From Alphaproteobacteria bacterium (lineage in GTDB: Bacteria; Pseudomonadota; Alphaproteobacteria; JAGOMX01): a stretch of 64,000 nt of DNA. Below the pieces are notes generated by a model. The model did not search any database, had not been told where the DNA came from, and was given only the letters and a program-made list of their open reading frames with translations. Shown here one piece after another: positions 9,229 through 18,589 of this stretch; positions within the stretch are counted from its first letter, which is position 1, and the number at the start of each line of letters is the position of its first letter. The position numbers and the translations under genes were made by a program. Location: positions 9,818-73,817 of the forward strand of contig JBGSQK010000071.1 in assembly GCA_041738135.1 (NCBI GenBank), written 5' to 3'.

Positions 9229-9882
9229 TTGGCCAGAACATTCATCGCAAGTATTATTATGGGAATAATCATTACTGTTGTTGCCATCGCCTCAGATAAA
9301 GCGCCTGACGTTAATGATCTTATGCTAACACCTCGTACTCACAGGTTGGTTGGCTTGGAGCATGAAAATGCGGAGATGAAATCTCGCCTAGCCCAACTGG
9401 AAGGTCAATCGGACACCCCTCGTCATAACTCTGAGCTTATTACTAGCCTGAGCGTACAAGTTAAAATGCTTGAAGAAGGATTGAAAGAAATCAGTTCACG
9501 ATCAGTTGATTCTCAGAAAGCCCTTGAAGAACGGATTAGCAAGTTAAAGGCTAAGTATTCAGCAGCGAAAGCAGAGATATCAAAACTACTTTCTATCATT
9601 GATAAAGAAAGAGAATACTTTGATCAGCAATTGGCAATGAGAGATAGAGAAATTCTCGGCCTAAGAGCTATTGAAGATAAAGATTTTAGCGAGATAAAGC
9701 TTAAGTATAGTAAGGAATTAAATTTACTAGCTGAAATGCTAACGGCTGCAAAACAAGAAGTATTTTCACTCAAAAATGAATCAGGCGAAAAATCTGCTCG
9801 AATTGCCCATCTAGAAGAGACTTTAAAAAACGTCACGGCTGAACGAGACACTTTAATGGATGTGGCAGCGGGGACATTTTAA
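9229..9882 (+). CDS. membrane-anchored coiled-coil protein (orphan)
   Basis: 217 aa. N-terminal TM segment FIASIIMGIIITVVAIA, then about 190 aa of heptad-like E/K/L-rich sequence. TTG start preceded by AAAGGAG. Confidence 0.55.
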   Translation: MARTFIASIIMGIIITVVAIASDKAPDVNDLMLTPRTHRLVGLEHENAEMKSRLAQLEGQSDTPRHNSELITSLSVQVKMLEEGLKEISSRSVDSQKALEERISKLKAKYSAAKAEISKLLSIIDKEREYFDQQLAMRDREILGLRAIEDKDFSEIKLKYSKELNLLAEMLTAAKQEVFSLKNESGEKSARIAHLEETLKNVTAERDTLMDVAAGTF

Positions 9883-9988
9883 TCTCGCAATTTCATTAAA
9901 TTTTAGACAAATTAGTTTTGTCTTCTTGACACACCCCCCTGTCTCATGGTTTCTATCGTGAACGCAACCACATAGGAGTTCCGAGAAT

Positions 9989-10294
9989 TTGAAGATGTCT
10001 ATTGTGTTATCAATGGCCTTAACCTTATCAGGCTCATGCTTTTCCCATGCTAGCACTCCAGATGAATTGGATGAGCTCGTTAAGAAAAGGGAGCGTGTCG
10101 ATTCCACAGACGATAATCTCACAACTGATTCATACCCCCAGAAATTGTATTTTGCGGGCACCGCTAACCAATTACTACATGATTCGTACCAAAGAAAATT
10201 ATTGAAGCAAGCGTCTGAAGGTGGAGTTCTAACGAACATCAAACCACCACTCAAAATTAGATTCAAGACAAACCAATTTTTAGGAGCTGAATAA
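9989..10294 (+). CDS. small secreted hypothetical protein
   Basis: 101 aa. Signal peptide MKMSIVLSMALTLSGSCFSHA. Stop is 1 nt before the next start. Confidence 0.45.
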   Translation: MKMSIVLSMALTLSGSCFSHASTPDELDELVKKRERVDSTDDNLTTDSYPQKLYFAGTANQLLHDSYQRKLLKQASEGGVLTNIKPPLKIRFKTNQFLGAE

Positions 10295-10295
10295 C

Positions 10296-10727
10296 ATGTT
10301 AAGCAGAATCATTCCCCTTGCCATTTGTATGGCTCTTTTAGTTTCAAACACTACTTATTCTAGCTACGAGCAGGGTGATCACACCCGTAAACGGACAAGA
10401 TCCGATGTTACCATTGAAGCATATGAGGCGCTAGAAGCTGATTATGTACTATTGAAACAACGCATCAAGAGCATGGAACTTACAGAAGATGATTTAACGC
10501 AAACCATACGTCTTAACGATTTTATAAAAGAAGGACTGTATGTTCAGATTGCTGAGCTCAAAAAACAAAACCGAAAATTGCTTGCAAGCGCAGAGATAAA
10601 TTCAGCGCATACAGATGAAGGCGCAACACCAACAAAGCCTGCAAAAACGAAGCTAAAGCGCAGAAATGGTGTCTTAGATCTGGGAGCCTATGTGCGCGCT
10701 CAAACGGGGGATAACCTTCGAAAATAG
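10296..10727 (+). CDS. secreted coiled-coil protein with basic patches
   Basis: 143 aa. Signal peptide, central helix (LKQRIKSMEL...IAELKKQNRKLL), basic clusters RKRTR and KTKLKRR. Confidence 0.5.
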   Translation: MLSRIIPLAICMALLVSNTTYSSYEQGDHTRKRTRSDVTIEAYEALEADYVLLKQRIKSMELTEDDLTQTIRLNDFIKEGLYVQIAELKKQNRKLLASAEINSAHTDEGATPTKPAKTKLKRRNGVLDLGAYVRAQTGDNLRK

Positions 10728-10807
10728 CATTATTTTTCCCTTTACAATCTGAATGTTAGCGGATACCTTTTATGGTAACGTTGAGTGTTTTATATAAGGA
10801 GATTACC

Positions 10808-11287
10808 ATGTGGAAGAAGAAAATCGCTCTAACTCTTTGCCTAGGTATATTATTTGGTGGATTTGGCTTAGCGTCCAACGAAAATTTGGAAAGTCCACTT
10901 AAGTACCAAACTATAGTTGCATCAGACGTCAAAAATGAGTCAGACCCCACTCTTGATTTAGAATTGTTCTTAAATGATTTATTCAGTGACCCGAGGTGCT
11001 TGGCCAAACCCTATGTATTGCATACACCTCCGAATTCGGAAACAGCTTCTCCTTTGGTGAGTCATCATCATAATTATACCATGAACAATGAAGGTGTTAT
11101 CACGGCCATGCGTGAGAGAAGATACACCCAATCGGATCAATTGGTCGCAGAGATTTATAGCCTTGAGCACGGACCGCAACCGTTATCGAATGCTGAGAGG
11201 AAAAGGGATGAAACTTTATTCCAGATGATACCTATGGATCAGGCTACGGAAGATGCTCTTTTGCAGATATTGGGCGTGGATGAGTAG
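10808..11287 (+). CDS. secreted hypothetical protein
   Basis: ATG at 10808 follows AAGGAGA. Signal-like MWKKKIALTLCLGILFGGFGLA. No recognisable domain. Confidence 0.5.
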   Translation: MWKKKIALTLCLGILFGGFGLASNENLESPLKYQTIVASDVKNESDPTLDLELFLNDLFSDPRCLAKPYVLHTPPNSETASPLVSHHHNYTMNNEGVITAMRERRYTQSDQLVAEIYSLEHGPQPLSNAERKRDETLFQMIPMDQATEDALLQILGVDE

Positions 11288-11321
11288 ATAAGAGTACTAT
11301 GAGCAGCTAATTCTGGCATTC

Positions 11322-11444
11322 GTGTCATACCCGCGAAGGCGGGTATCCAGCACATCAAGGGAGTGAAGCGACTCAGAATAGTCTATTATTGTAGCGGCTT
11401 TGCCGCACATCTGCGCTGGATTCCCGCCTTCGCGGGTATGACAC
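11322..11444. repeat. palindromic MITE/REP-like element, family B copy 1
   Basis: GTGTCATACCCGCGAAGGCGGGTATCCAGC ... GCTGGATTCCCGCCTTCGCGGGTATGACAC. Near-identical copies at 33226 and 49343. Sits between convergent genes. Confidence 0.85.
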
Positions 11445-11457
11445 AAATGCGTACGTC

Positions 11458-11871
11458 TTACAGACGCAACTGTTTTAACGCTTCCAAACAGACACCCAAA
11501 TCTTTCCAGGAGCAACCTTGGCAAATTTCGTGAAACTTGTCTTCGTTCACATTGGCTGCAATTCTTTTTTTGGCTTGACCCCATGTGATGCTGTCACCTG
11601 TTTTTAGCTCTAAGGCTGAACGATGTTTACGATCGAGACTCTGAATAAATTCTTCATCGGATCCGCAGAAGGCATCTTGCTGGTGCGGACAAGCAGCACA
11701 GATAGAATCTGTGTGATCGGTGACTTCTATTACAGCCTCATCACCGCCCTCCCCTTTTAATTGATCAGAGATGGCTTGGAAGTTCTCCACAAAGCCCGGT
11801 GAATAACCTGCGCCTTGAAATCCCAGTGTGCACATAAAATGATGTGGGCGGAAAGTAAGCTTGGCTGTCAT
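11458..11871 (-). CDS. DUF1284 family protein (Cys-rich, putative Fe-S binding)
   Basis: 137 aa. The N-terminal RPHHFMCTLGFQGAGYSPGFVENF is the family hallmark as I recall it. Several conserved Cys (CAACPH, CQGC). Confidence 0.55.
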   Translation of the reverse strand: MTAKLTFRPHHFMCTLGFQGAGYSPGFVENFQAISDQLKGEGGDEAVIEVTDHTDSICAACPHQQDAFCGSDEEFIQSLDRKHRSALELKTGDSITWGQAKKRIAANVNEDKFHEICQGCSWKDLGVCLEALKQLRL

Positions 11872-11874
11872 AAA

Positions 11875-12207
11875 TTAATCAGCCTTAGTTAAAATGTGCT
11901 CTATCAGCTGAGAAATTTTTGGCGCTTGTGTAAAGCGTAACAGTATGGTCTGAGGAGCATTTATCACCTGCCCAGGATGCACTAATACATTTTCCACATA
12001 ACCATTTTGTTTCGAAACAACAGCAACTCTCATTTTCATGCATATCAGATCCCTAACATGATCACCTAGATTTAAGTAATCACCTCGAGTTACAGAAATA
12101 TTATCAATTCGACCGCAAGGAAGAGGCGCTATTAATTCGTCTGAGGCTATGGCCTCTTGTACAAGAAAATACGTGAGGAGAATCAGTGCTAATAGTTTGT
12201 TAAACAT
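11875..12207 (-). CDS. small secreted protein with biotinyl/lipoyl-like hybrid-barrel motif
   Basis: 110 aa. Signal peptide MFNKLLALILLTYFLVQEAIA. GRIDNISVTRGDYLNLGDHV..LICMKMRVAVVSKQNGYVENVLVHPGQVI follows the lipoyl/BCCP-domain pattern. Confidence 0.4.
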   Translation of the reverse strand: MFNKLLALILLTYFLVQEAIASDELIAPLPCGRIDNISVTRGDYLNLGDHVRDLICMKMRVAVVSKQNGYVENVLVHPGQVINAPQTILLRFTQAPKISQLIEHILTKAD

Positions 12208-12269
12208 GATCTTTTCCTTTTAGCTGTTGAAGGAACTATAGTCGACCTCCACATTAAAAGGCAATACCG

Positions 12270-12707
12270 TTATTTCTTATCCGCGTCCAATCCCTGATCT
12301 TTGGCATCATTTAGTTGAAAACTGTTGATGGTTACGAGACCGATGGTATTGTCAGGGCTGGCTTTTTGCGCAACTGATTCAAGACGTTTTTTGATCATTT
12401 CTATATCGGGTTGTTCATCCTTACTCCATATGAGGGGGAGAATCACATAGAGCTCATGGATAATCGCATCACGTATACGGGGGCCAAATTGTAGGAGGGT
12501 CGCTTTTTTACCCTCTTCTTTTGGTTCAATGGCCATGCTTAATGAATAGTAGGCTTGAACTTCTTCACGTAACAAAACTGGGATAACGATGTCATTTAAG
12601 TCAAGCTTGGTTTCGGTATTTTTCTTTGCTTCACCGCCATGATCACCTGCGTGGGCAGACGGTGAAAAACATAAGGCCATAATTATCACGCAGATTTTTC
12701 TTACCAT
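12270..12707 (-). CDS. secreted protein, possibly FliL-like
   Basis: 145 aa with signal peptide. LNDIVIPVL...YYSLSMAIEP...FGPRIRDAIIHELY resembles the FliL core pattern. Start overlaps the thiL stop by 7 nt. Confidence 0.35.
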   Translation of the reverse strand: MVRKICVIIMALCFSPSAHAGDHGGEAKKNTETKLDLNDIVIPVLLREEVQAYYSLSMAIEPKEEGKKATLLQFGPRIRDAIIHELYVILPLIWSKDEQPDIEMIKKRLESVAQKASPDNTIGLVTINSFQLNDAKDQGLDADKK

Positions 12708-13717
12708 TGGTGTTCGTACCCTAAGTGACTTATGGGTAATTGATTACCTTGATCATCCATAAGTAAAATTCTTTTCGTATCATCAGCATCTTCAGGCTTC
12801 ACACCCAGATGTCCTATACATGTTATGGGAACAGCGTATCTTTGTGCAAGATATTCTATATGATCTGCCTCGCCGGGGGACGCTGTAAATATGAGTTCAT
12901 AGTCATCCCCTCCTGCACAGATGGCATCAAATATGGCGGCGTGATGGGAAGCATCGCTGGCTTTCAATAGGTTCTTGACGGCTTTCGATAAAGGAATCCG
13001 ATCGCGGCGAACATAAGCCTGCAAATCCGAGGACTCGCAGATCAGCTTTAGGTCTAGCAATAAGCCATCAGATATGTCTGTGGCGGCATGGACCACATCG
13101 CCTAGGTGCTGAGCTAACCTGTGCCGAGGATTTGGCACATGGTAACGAGAGATGAGGAAATTACGATCCACGTCAGTTAAATTCGTATATAGGCCCTGAA
13201 GACAATTAAAGCCTAAAGCCGCGTCGCCAATGGTGCCCGTCACATAAATACGATCACCTGACTGCGCGCCGCATCGGGTAATGGCAAGGCTTTCTGCCAC
13301 ATCACCAATGGCTGTAATGGAAATGTTTAGTGGTCCATTGGATTTATTCGTATCACCACCAATTAAGCTGACGTGAAAGTTTTGGTTATCCTCGCCTAGA
13401 CTGCTGAAAAATCTACCCAGCCACTCTTGTGTAATTGAGTCCCCAAGAGTTAAGCACAACGTATATCCAATAGGATGAGCGCCCATGGCGGCTAGATCAG
13501 ATAGATTAACACGCAAAGCCTTCTTAGCGATGGTTTCGGGAGGATCAGTCATGAAGAAATGGGTGTTTTCGATAATTGCATCTGTGGTCATGACCAACAT
13601 CTTGCCTGCAGGAAATTCCAGGACGGCAGCATCTTCTTCACAGTTTAATTGGAGAGATTGAATTTGGGCAAGTGGCGCAATGAAGTTTTTAATAATGTCA
13701 CGTTCTGAAAGCCCCAT
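12701..13717 (-). CDS. thiL: thiamine-monophosphate kinase
   Basis: AIR-synthase-like fold motifs (HFF, LSDLAAMGA, GGDT, DISDGL, GGDDYELIFTA). ATG at 13717 chosen because the track start at 13816 would overlap nusB. Confidence 0.88.
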   Translation of the reverse strand: MGLSERDIIKNFIAPLAQIQSLQLNCEEDAAVLEFPAGKMLVMTTDAIIENTHFFMTDPPETIAKKALRVNLSDLAAMGAHPIGYTLCLTLGDSITQEWLGRFFSSLGEDNQNFHVSLIGGDTNKSNGPLNISITAIGDVAESLAITRCGAQSGDRIYVTGTIGDAALGFNCLQGLYTNLTDVDRNFLISRYHVPNPRHRLAQHLGDVVHAATDISDGLLLDLKLICESSDLQAYVRRDRIPLSKAVKNLLKASDASHHAAIFDAICAGGDDYELIFTASPGEADHIEYLAQRYAVPITCIGHLGVKPEDADDTKRILLMDDQGNQLPISHLGYEHQW

Positions 13718-13736
13718 GTGGGGAGGCAATGCCTTA

Positions 13737-14303
13737 TCAGTAATTAGAACCTCCTTCGTCTTCCCAATTTGATACGCCACTGGTATTATATTCCTTTGTA
13801 AAGTCTTTAACGTCAACTACGGGCACATCATTCATTTTCAAGCCCAGAGTCCGCGCCACATGATCAAGTATGCCGTTCACAAATCCCGGTTCACGCGCCG
13901 AGAAGAAATCACGGGTTACATTTACATATTCATCGATTATGACGGCGGCTGCAAGGTTTTTATCCATGAGAAACTCACCACAGGCTGCACGCAAGATAGC
14001 GCGCAATACCGCATCTAAGCGTTCAATCTTCCAAGTGGCCGGCAAACTTTCCATTATAAAGCCATCAATTTGCACATATTTTTCGTAAGTCGCCTGCACG
14101 ATTTCCTCGAATAATTTTCGATTCACGACCATTTCTTTTTCTTGATCAGAATGAACGTTTAATCTGTGTTCGAGGAATTCTTTAACAACCGAATCAGCAC
14201 CCCTATCGGAGAGTTCCATCTGATATAACGCTTGTACAGCAGCCAGTCTGGCTGCATGATTACCTTTACTATTCTTAACCGATTTCACTGCTGCGTCTGT
14301 CAT
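13737..14303 (-). CDS. nusB: transcription antitermination factor NusB
   Basis: ARLAAVQALYQMELS..., about 190 aa. Conserved nusB-thiL order. Confidence 0.88.
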   Translation of the reverse strand: MTDAAVKSVKNSKGNHAARLAAVQALYQMELSDRGADSVVKEFLEHRLNVHSDQEKEMVVNRKLFEEIVQATYEKYVQIDGFIMESLPATWKIERLDAVLRAILRAACGEFLMDKNLAAAVIIDEYVNVTRDFFSAREPGFVNGILDHVARTLGLKMNDVPVVDVKDFTKEYNTSGVSNWEDEGGSNY

Positions 14304-14480
14304 GATTAACACCATATAATAATAGTTTGAACCCGTCCCGATATAGTTATATTATATATCATTAAGATTAACAAACGGTTAAATCAGGTAAATTGAATTG
14401 AAATGAAACCTGTTAAATCCGGCTTATGCATATGTAATTTTCATTACCGCACCCCATAAGGTTCCATGAGGAGAGACAGC

Positions 14481-14726
14481 ATGAAGAAGTTAGCCACCCT
14501 GACATTATTATTTTTGCTCAATAAGGAGATAGCTTGCTGCTCCGATCCCGATCTAGGTGAATTTAACAAATACACATCTATCTCCAGCTTACGCATTCCG
14601 CCACTAATACCTGACAAACTCACCTCCATAAGTAACAACCTATCAGCCCTGTGGTCATTCCTGCAAGGCAACGAGGAGGATGAGTGTCTACCTATCGTAG
14701 ATATTTACCTGGCAATGTTCATGTAA
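14481..14726 (+). CDS. small secreted hypothetical protein
   Basis: ATG at 14481 follows GAGGAGAG. Signal-like MKKLATLTLLFLLNKEIACC. Confidence 0.4.
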   Translation: MKKLATLTLLFLLNKEIACCSDPDLGEFNKYTSISSLRIPPLIPDKLTSISNNLSALWSFLQGNEEDECLPIVDIYLAMFM

Positions 14727-14845
14727 GCTTATGCTTTTTTATGATTTTCGCCGTTTACTTTTAATTCGCCTTATGTATAATTCCCGTGAAAGTCGAACAA
14801 GGAGATTCCTTGTAAGAACAAGCTTAATCTAAATGGGAGAATAAA

Positions 14846-15289
14846 ATGCACACAACAACTAAATTGCAACTTTTGGCCATTGCCGGCCTAATGGTTATTT
14901 GCCAACCAACAATTGCTGCACCTAAAGAAGCAAACAAAGGAGCAATAAATAAACATTGCCCTTCCGAAATAACAAACAAACAAATTTCTGAATTAGCTGG
15001 CAACCAGAAGGCCACCTTCAATAATGTTGAGTTTCTAGTGGGTCCGAAGTTCGCACAATTTGCAGGCAAGCGGTATATGGACTTACAGCAAGCGGGTAAA
15101 GCGGCAGATACAATTGCCCTAAAGAATGAAAAAGTCAAAGGCCAAAAGGCTGTTTGCGTTTATGCCTATACCTATAAAGCTGTTTCAAAGAAGCCAGAAG
15201 CTGCGGGCAAAGAAGTGGACCGCACTGGCCGCATTCGCATACACACTATGCTTGCCGGTGAAGCACCTGCTGCTGCAGAAAAAAAATAA
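14846..15289 (+). CDS. secreted hypothetical protein
   Basis: 147 aa. Signal peptide ending PTIAAP, preceded by GGGAGA. No recognisable domain. Confidence 0.5.
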   Translation: MHTTTKLQLLAIAGLMVICQPTIAAPKEANKGAINKHCPSEITNKQISELAGNQKATFNNVEFLVGPKFAQFAGKRYMDLQQAGKAADTIALKNEKVKGQKAVCVYAYTYKAVSKKPEAAGKEVDRTGRIRIHTMLAGEAPAAAEKK

Positions 15290-15419
15290 AGTTTCTTTTC
15301 ATTTGAAATCTTGCGTTTAGGTCATTTCGCTTCTGCGGAATGACCTTTTTGATTCTGGTGGATCCACTTAATGCATTGAGTTCCACCCGTAAAGCATTTA
15401 TAAATATAAGGGGTAAGCA

Positions 15420-15611
15420 TTCACCAAAGGCTCGTCATCCAGAGCGCGCCTCCGCTTTGCGGAGGAAGCGAAGGATCCAGCATATGAGTGTGAGCACTTG
15501 CGAACTCCATGTTTAAATTGGATCGAGTTCGCAAGTGCTCACACTCATATGCTGGATCCCACGCTGCAACGCTACGCTTTTGCTGCTCTGGATGACGAAC
15601 TTTTTGGTGAA
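15420..15611. repeat. palindromic MITE-like element, family C copy 1
   Basis: Outer arms TTCACCAAAGGCTCGTCATCCAGAGCGCG ... CTCTGGATGACGAACTTTTTGGTGAA. Inner near-perfect stem of about 35 bp (GGATCCAGCATATGAGTGTGAGCACTTGCGAACTC / reverse complement). Lies just upstream of pntAA. Confidence 0.85.
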
Positions 15612-15645
15612 CGGTTACAACAAGATCAATGATTGAGGATCGAAC

Positions 15646-16746
15646 ATGCATATCTGTGTTTTAAAGGAACGACGCGCACATGAAGGACGTGTGGCAGCAA
15701 CTCCGGAAACGGTAAAAAAGATTATCGGTATGGGCCACACGGTTACAGTGGAAACCAAGGCTGGGCTGGAATCATCTTTCGTTGACCAAGCCTATGTGGA
15801 TGCAGGCGCGAAAATTGCTAAGGATATATCTGAAGCTTTGAAAGGAGCGGACGTTATTCTCAAAGTCCAACGCCCGATGAATAAGGACGAGGCACAAGAC
15901 GAGCTTACGGATATGCCCAATGGATCATGCCTGATTGCCATGCTCGACTCGCTGATCGAAACAGCACAGATTGATATCTATAAGGCCAAAAAGATTAAGG
16001 CATTTGCCTTGGAGCGTGTGCCTCGTATTACACGCGCTCAAAGTATGGATGTGTTATCCTCCCAAAGCAACTTGGCTGGCTATCGAGCCGTTATAGAAGC
16101 CTCATACGAAATTCCACGCGCATTCCCCATGATGATGACGGCAGCAGGAACTATAGCGCCTGTCAAATTGATGGTATTAGGCGCGGGCGTTGCAGGTTTG
16201 CAAGCCATCGCCACTGCCAGACGTTTAGGCGCTGTGGTTTCAGCCTTTGATGTGCGTAAGGCTGCTAAGGAGCAGGTGGAAAGCCTTGGCGCTAGTTTTG
16301 TGGAAGTTGAAGGCGAGGAAGATGCTGAAACTGCTGGTGGTTACGCGAAAGAAACCTCAAAAGAATACCAACAACGGCAATCTGATAAGATTCATGAAAC
16401 CTTAAAAAAGGTTGATATTGCTATTACCACTGCGCTTATCCCAGGCAAACCCGCACCTAAATTAATAACGGACGCTATGATCAAGGATATGAAACCCGGA
16501 TCTGTGATCGTTGACATGGCCACTTCCGCTGGTGGCAATGTGAGCGCGAGCAAAGCTGACAAAGTGGTCACCATGAATGACGTGAAAATAATCGGCTATT
16601 CTAACCTGGCAAGTCGTATAGCATCGGATGCTAGCGCACTTTATGCCAGAAACGTTCTCAGATTTTTTGAGTTGATCAGCGATGAAAAAGGCAATCTTAA
16701 AATTGATATGGATGACGAAATCATCAAAGCATCCTTAATCAGTTAA
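15646..16746 (+). CDS. pntAA: NAD(P) transhydrogenase subunit alpha part 1
   Basis: 366 aa. Alanine-dehydrogenase/PNT dI domain, NAD-binding [20 protein letters not shown]. Confidence 0.93.
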   Translation: MHICVLKERRAHEGRVAATPETVKKIIGMGHTVTVETKAGLESSFVDQAYVDAGAKIAKDISEALKGADVILKVQRPMNKDEAQDELTDMPNGSCLIAMLDSLIETAQIDIYKAKKIKAFALERVPRITRAQSMDVLSSQSNLAGYRAVIEASYEIPRAFPMMMTAAGTIAPVKLMVLGAGVAGLQAIATARRLGAVVSAFDVRKAAKEQVESLGASFVEVEGEEDAETAGGYAKETSKEYQQRQSDKIHETLKKVDIAITTALIPGKPAPKLITDAMIKDMKPGSVIVDMATSAGGNVSASKADKVVTMNDVKIIGYSNLASRIASDASALYARNVLRFFELISDEKGNLKIDMDDEIIKASLIS

Positions 16747-16762
16747 CTTGAAGGAAAAGAAC

Positions 16763-17176
16763 ATGAATCTAGATTCAATTAAAAATGCAATTAAGGGCAT
16801 GGTTGAGCAAAGCGAGGCTATGCTGAAGGAAATGCAAGAAACCCAGACCATGGTTGAGCAGCTTGCCAGCACGCACGGTGAACATGTCCTGATGTCGCCA
16901 TTTATGATGGGCCTGACTGTTTTTGTGCTGGCTGTCTTCGTGGGATATTATGTGGTCTGGCGGGTTACCCCTGCCCTGCACTCTCCTTTGATGGCGGTGA
17001 CCAACGCTATTTCCAGCGTTATCATTGTGGGCGCTTTAATTGCTGCCGGGCTGCCACTCATGGGAACGTCTAAAATGCTTGGATTTTTTGCCGTTACGCT
17101 GGCGTCAATCAATATTTTTGGCGGATTTATGGTGACGAAACGTATGCTTGAAATGTTCAAGAAAAAAGAAAAATAA
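16763..17176 (+). CDS. pntAB: NAD(P) transhydrogenase subunit alpha part 2 (membrane)
   Basis: ATG at 16763 after AAGGAAAAG. About 137 aa with TM helices. The split alpha subunit is typical of alphaproteobacteria. Confidence 0.88.
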   Translation: MNLDSIKNAIKGMVEQSEAMLKEMQETQTMVEQLASTHGEHVLMSPFMMGLTVFVLAVFVGYYVVWRVTPALHSPLMAVTNAISSVIIVGALIAAGLPLMGTSKMLGFFAVTLASINIFGGFMVTKRMLEMFKKKEK

Positions 17177-17186
17177 GGAGAATCCA

Positions 17187-18587
17187 ATGTTAAGCGTCAA
17201 CATTTCAGCATTTTTGTATTTAATATCTTCCTTTTGTTTCATCATGGCATTAAGGGGCCTTTCTTCGGCTGAGTCATCCCGACAAGGTAATACCTATGGT
17301 ATGGTTGGAATGGGAATTGCCATCGGCACAACCGTATTGGGACCAGGTGTCGCATCCTATTGGCTTATTATCGCCGGCATCATCATAGGTGGTTCTATAG
17401 GAGCCTATATCGCAAGAAGCATTGCCATGACAGCATTACCACAATTGGTGGCAGCGTTTCACAGTCTGGTAGGTCTTGCTGCTGTGTGTGTAGCAGGCGC
17501 TGCTCTGTTCCAGCCAGATGCATTTGGTATCGGCACGTCCGGAAATATCCATATGAGTAGTTTAGTCGAGATGTCTTTGGGAACCGCTATTGGCGCAATT
17601 ACCTTTACGGGGTCTATTGTTGCGTTCGGTAAACTCCAAGGGCTCATTACTGGTCAGCCTTTGGTCTATCCTTTCCAACATCTGATCAATGCCTGTATCG
17701 CCGGCTCCATTGTATTCTTGATCCTTATATTCGTTCTTACAGAATCGTATACAATATTCTGGATAATCGTACTGGCTTCCTTTGCCATAGGACTTTTATT
17801 GATCCTACCCATTGGCGGCGCAGACATGCCAGTGATTATTTCCATGTTGAACTCTTATTCCGGATGGGCCGCCACAGGTATTGGATTTACCATGAACAAC
17901 AATGCACTCATTATCACTGGTGCGCTGGTAGGTTCTTCCGGCGCCATACTAAGCTACATTATGTGCAAAGGCATGAATCGTTCATTTATCAGCGTCATAC
18001 TGGGTGGTTTTGGCGGTGAAGCTGCTGGCGAAGGCGCCTCAACGACTCACAGCGATAAAACCGTAAAGCAAGGATCCGGTGAGGATGCAGCTTTTATCCT
18101 ACAGAATTGTGAATCTGTGATTATCGTTCCAGGATACGGCCTTGCCGTAGCCCATGCTCAGCATGCCTTGCGCGAAATGGCTGAGATGCTGAAAAAGAGC
18201 GGCGTAAAGGTTAAATACGCTATCCATCCCGTTGCCGGACGCATGCCTGGTCACATGAACGTTTTGTTGGCGGAAGCCAACGTGCCTTACGATGAGGTAT
18301 TCGAGCTTGACGACATCAACCGTGATTTCAGTCAAACGGACGTGGCTTTTGTTATTGGTGCTAACGATGTGACAAACCCAGCTGCAAAGAATGACCCTAC
18401 AAGCCCCATCTATGGCATGCCTATCTTAGATGTGGCGAGCGCCAAGACTGTCTTATTTATTAAACGCTCGTTAGCTTCAGGCTATGCGGGTGTGGACAAT
18501 GAGCTGTTCTATCGGGATAACACGCTGATGCTGTTTGGTGATGCCAAGAAAGTTTGTGAAGACATCGTGAAGTCTTTGGATCACTAA
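17187..18587 (+). CDS. pntB: NAD(P) transhydrogenase subunit beta
   Basis: Start MLSVNISAF at 17187. Multi-TM N-terminal half and dIII NADP(H) domain (PGYGLAVAHAQH, HPVAGRMPGHMNVLLAEA, GANDVTNP). Confidence 0.93.
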   Translation: MLSVNISAFLYLISSFCFIMALRGLSSAESSRQGNTYGMVGMGIAIGTTVLGPGVASYWLIIAGIIIGGSIGAYIARSIAMTALPQLVAAFHSLVGLAAVCVAGAALFQPDAFGIGTSGNIHMSSLVEMSLGTAIGAITFTGSIVAFGKLQGLITGQPLVYPFQHLINACIAGSIVFLILIFVLTESYTIFWIIVLASFAIGLLLILPIGGADMPVIISMLNSYSGWAATGIGFTMNNNALIITGALVGSSGAILSYIMCKGMNRSFISVILGGFGGEAAGEGASTTHSDKTVKQGSGEDAAFILQNCESVIIVPGYGLAVAHAQHALREMAEMLKKSGVKVKYAIHPVAGRMPGHMNVLLAEANVPYDEVFELDDINRDFSQTDVAFVIGANDVTNPAAKNDPTSPIYGMPILDVASAKTVLFIKRSLASGYAGVDNELFYRDNTLMLFGDAKKVCEDIVKSLDH

Positions 18588-18589
18588 GC

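Noticed and set aside
11297-11584. ORF-track entries running through palindromic elements (11297..11584, 15421..15651, 23368..23643, 33293..33613, 5387..5638)
   Set aside because: Their reading frames are made of the MITE arms (e.g. ..TREGGNPAQ.., ..DPRLRGDD..) and overlap real genes or terminators. They are better explained as repeats than as genes.
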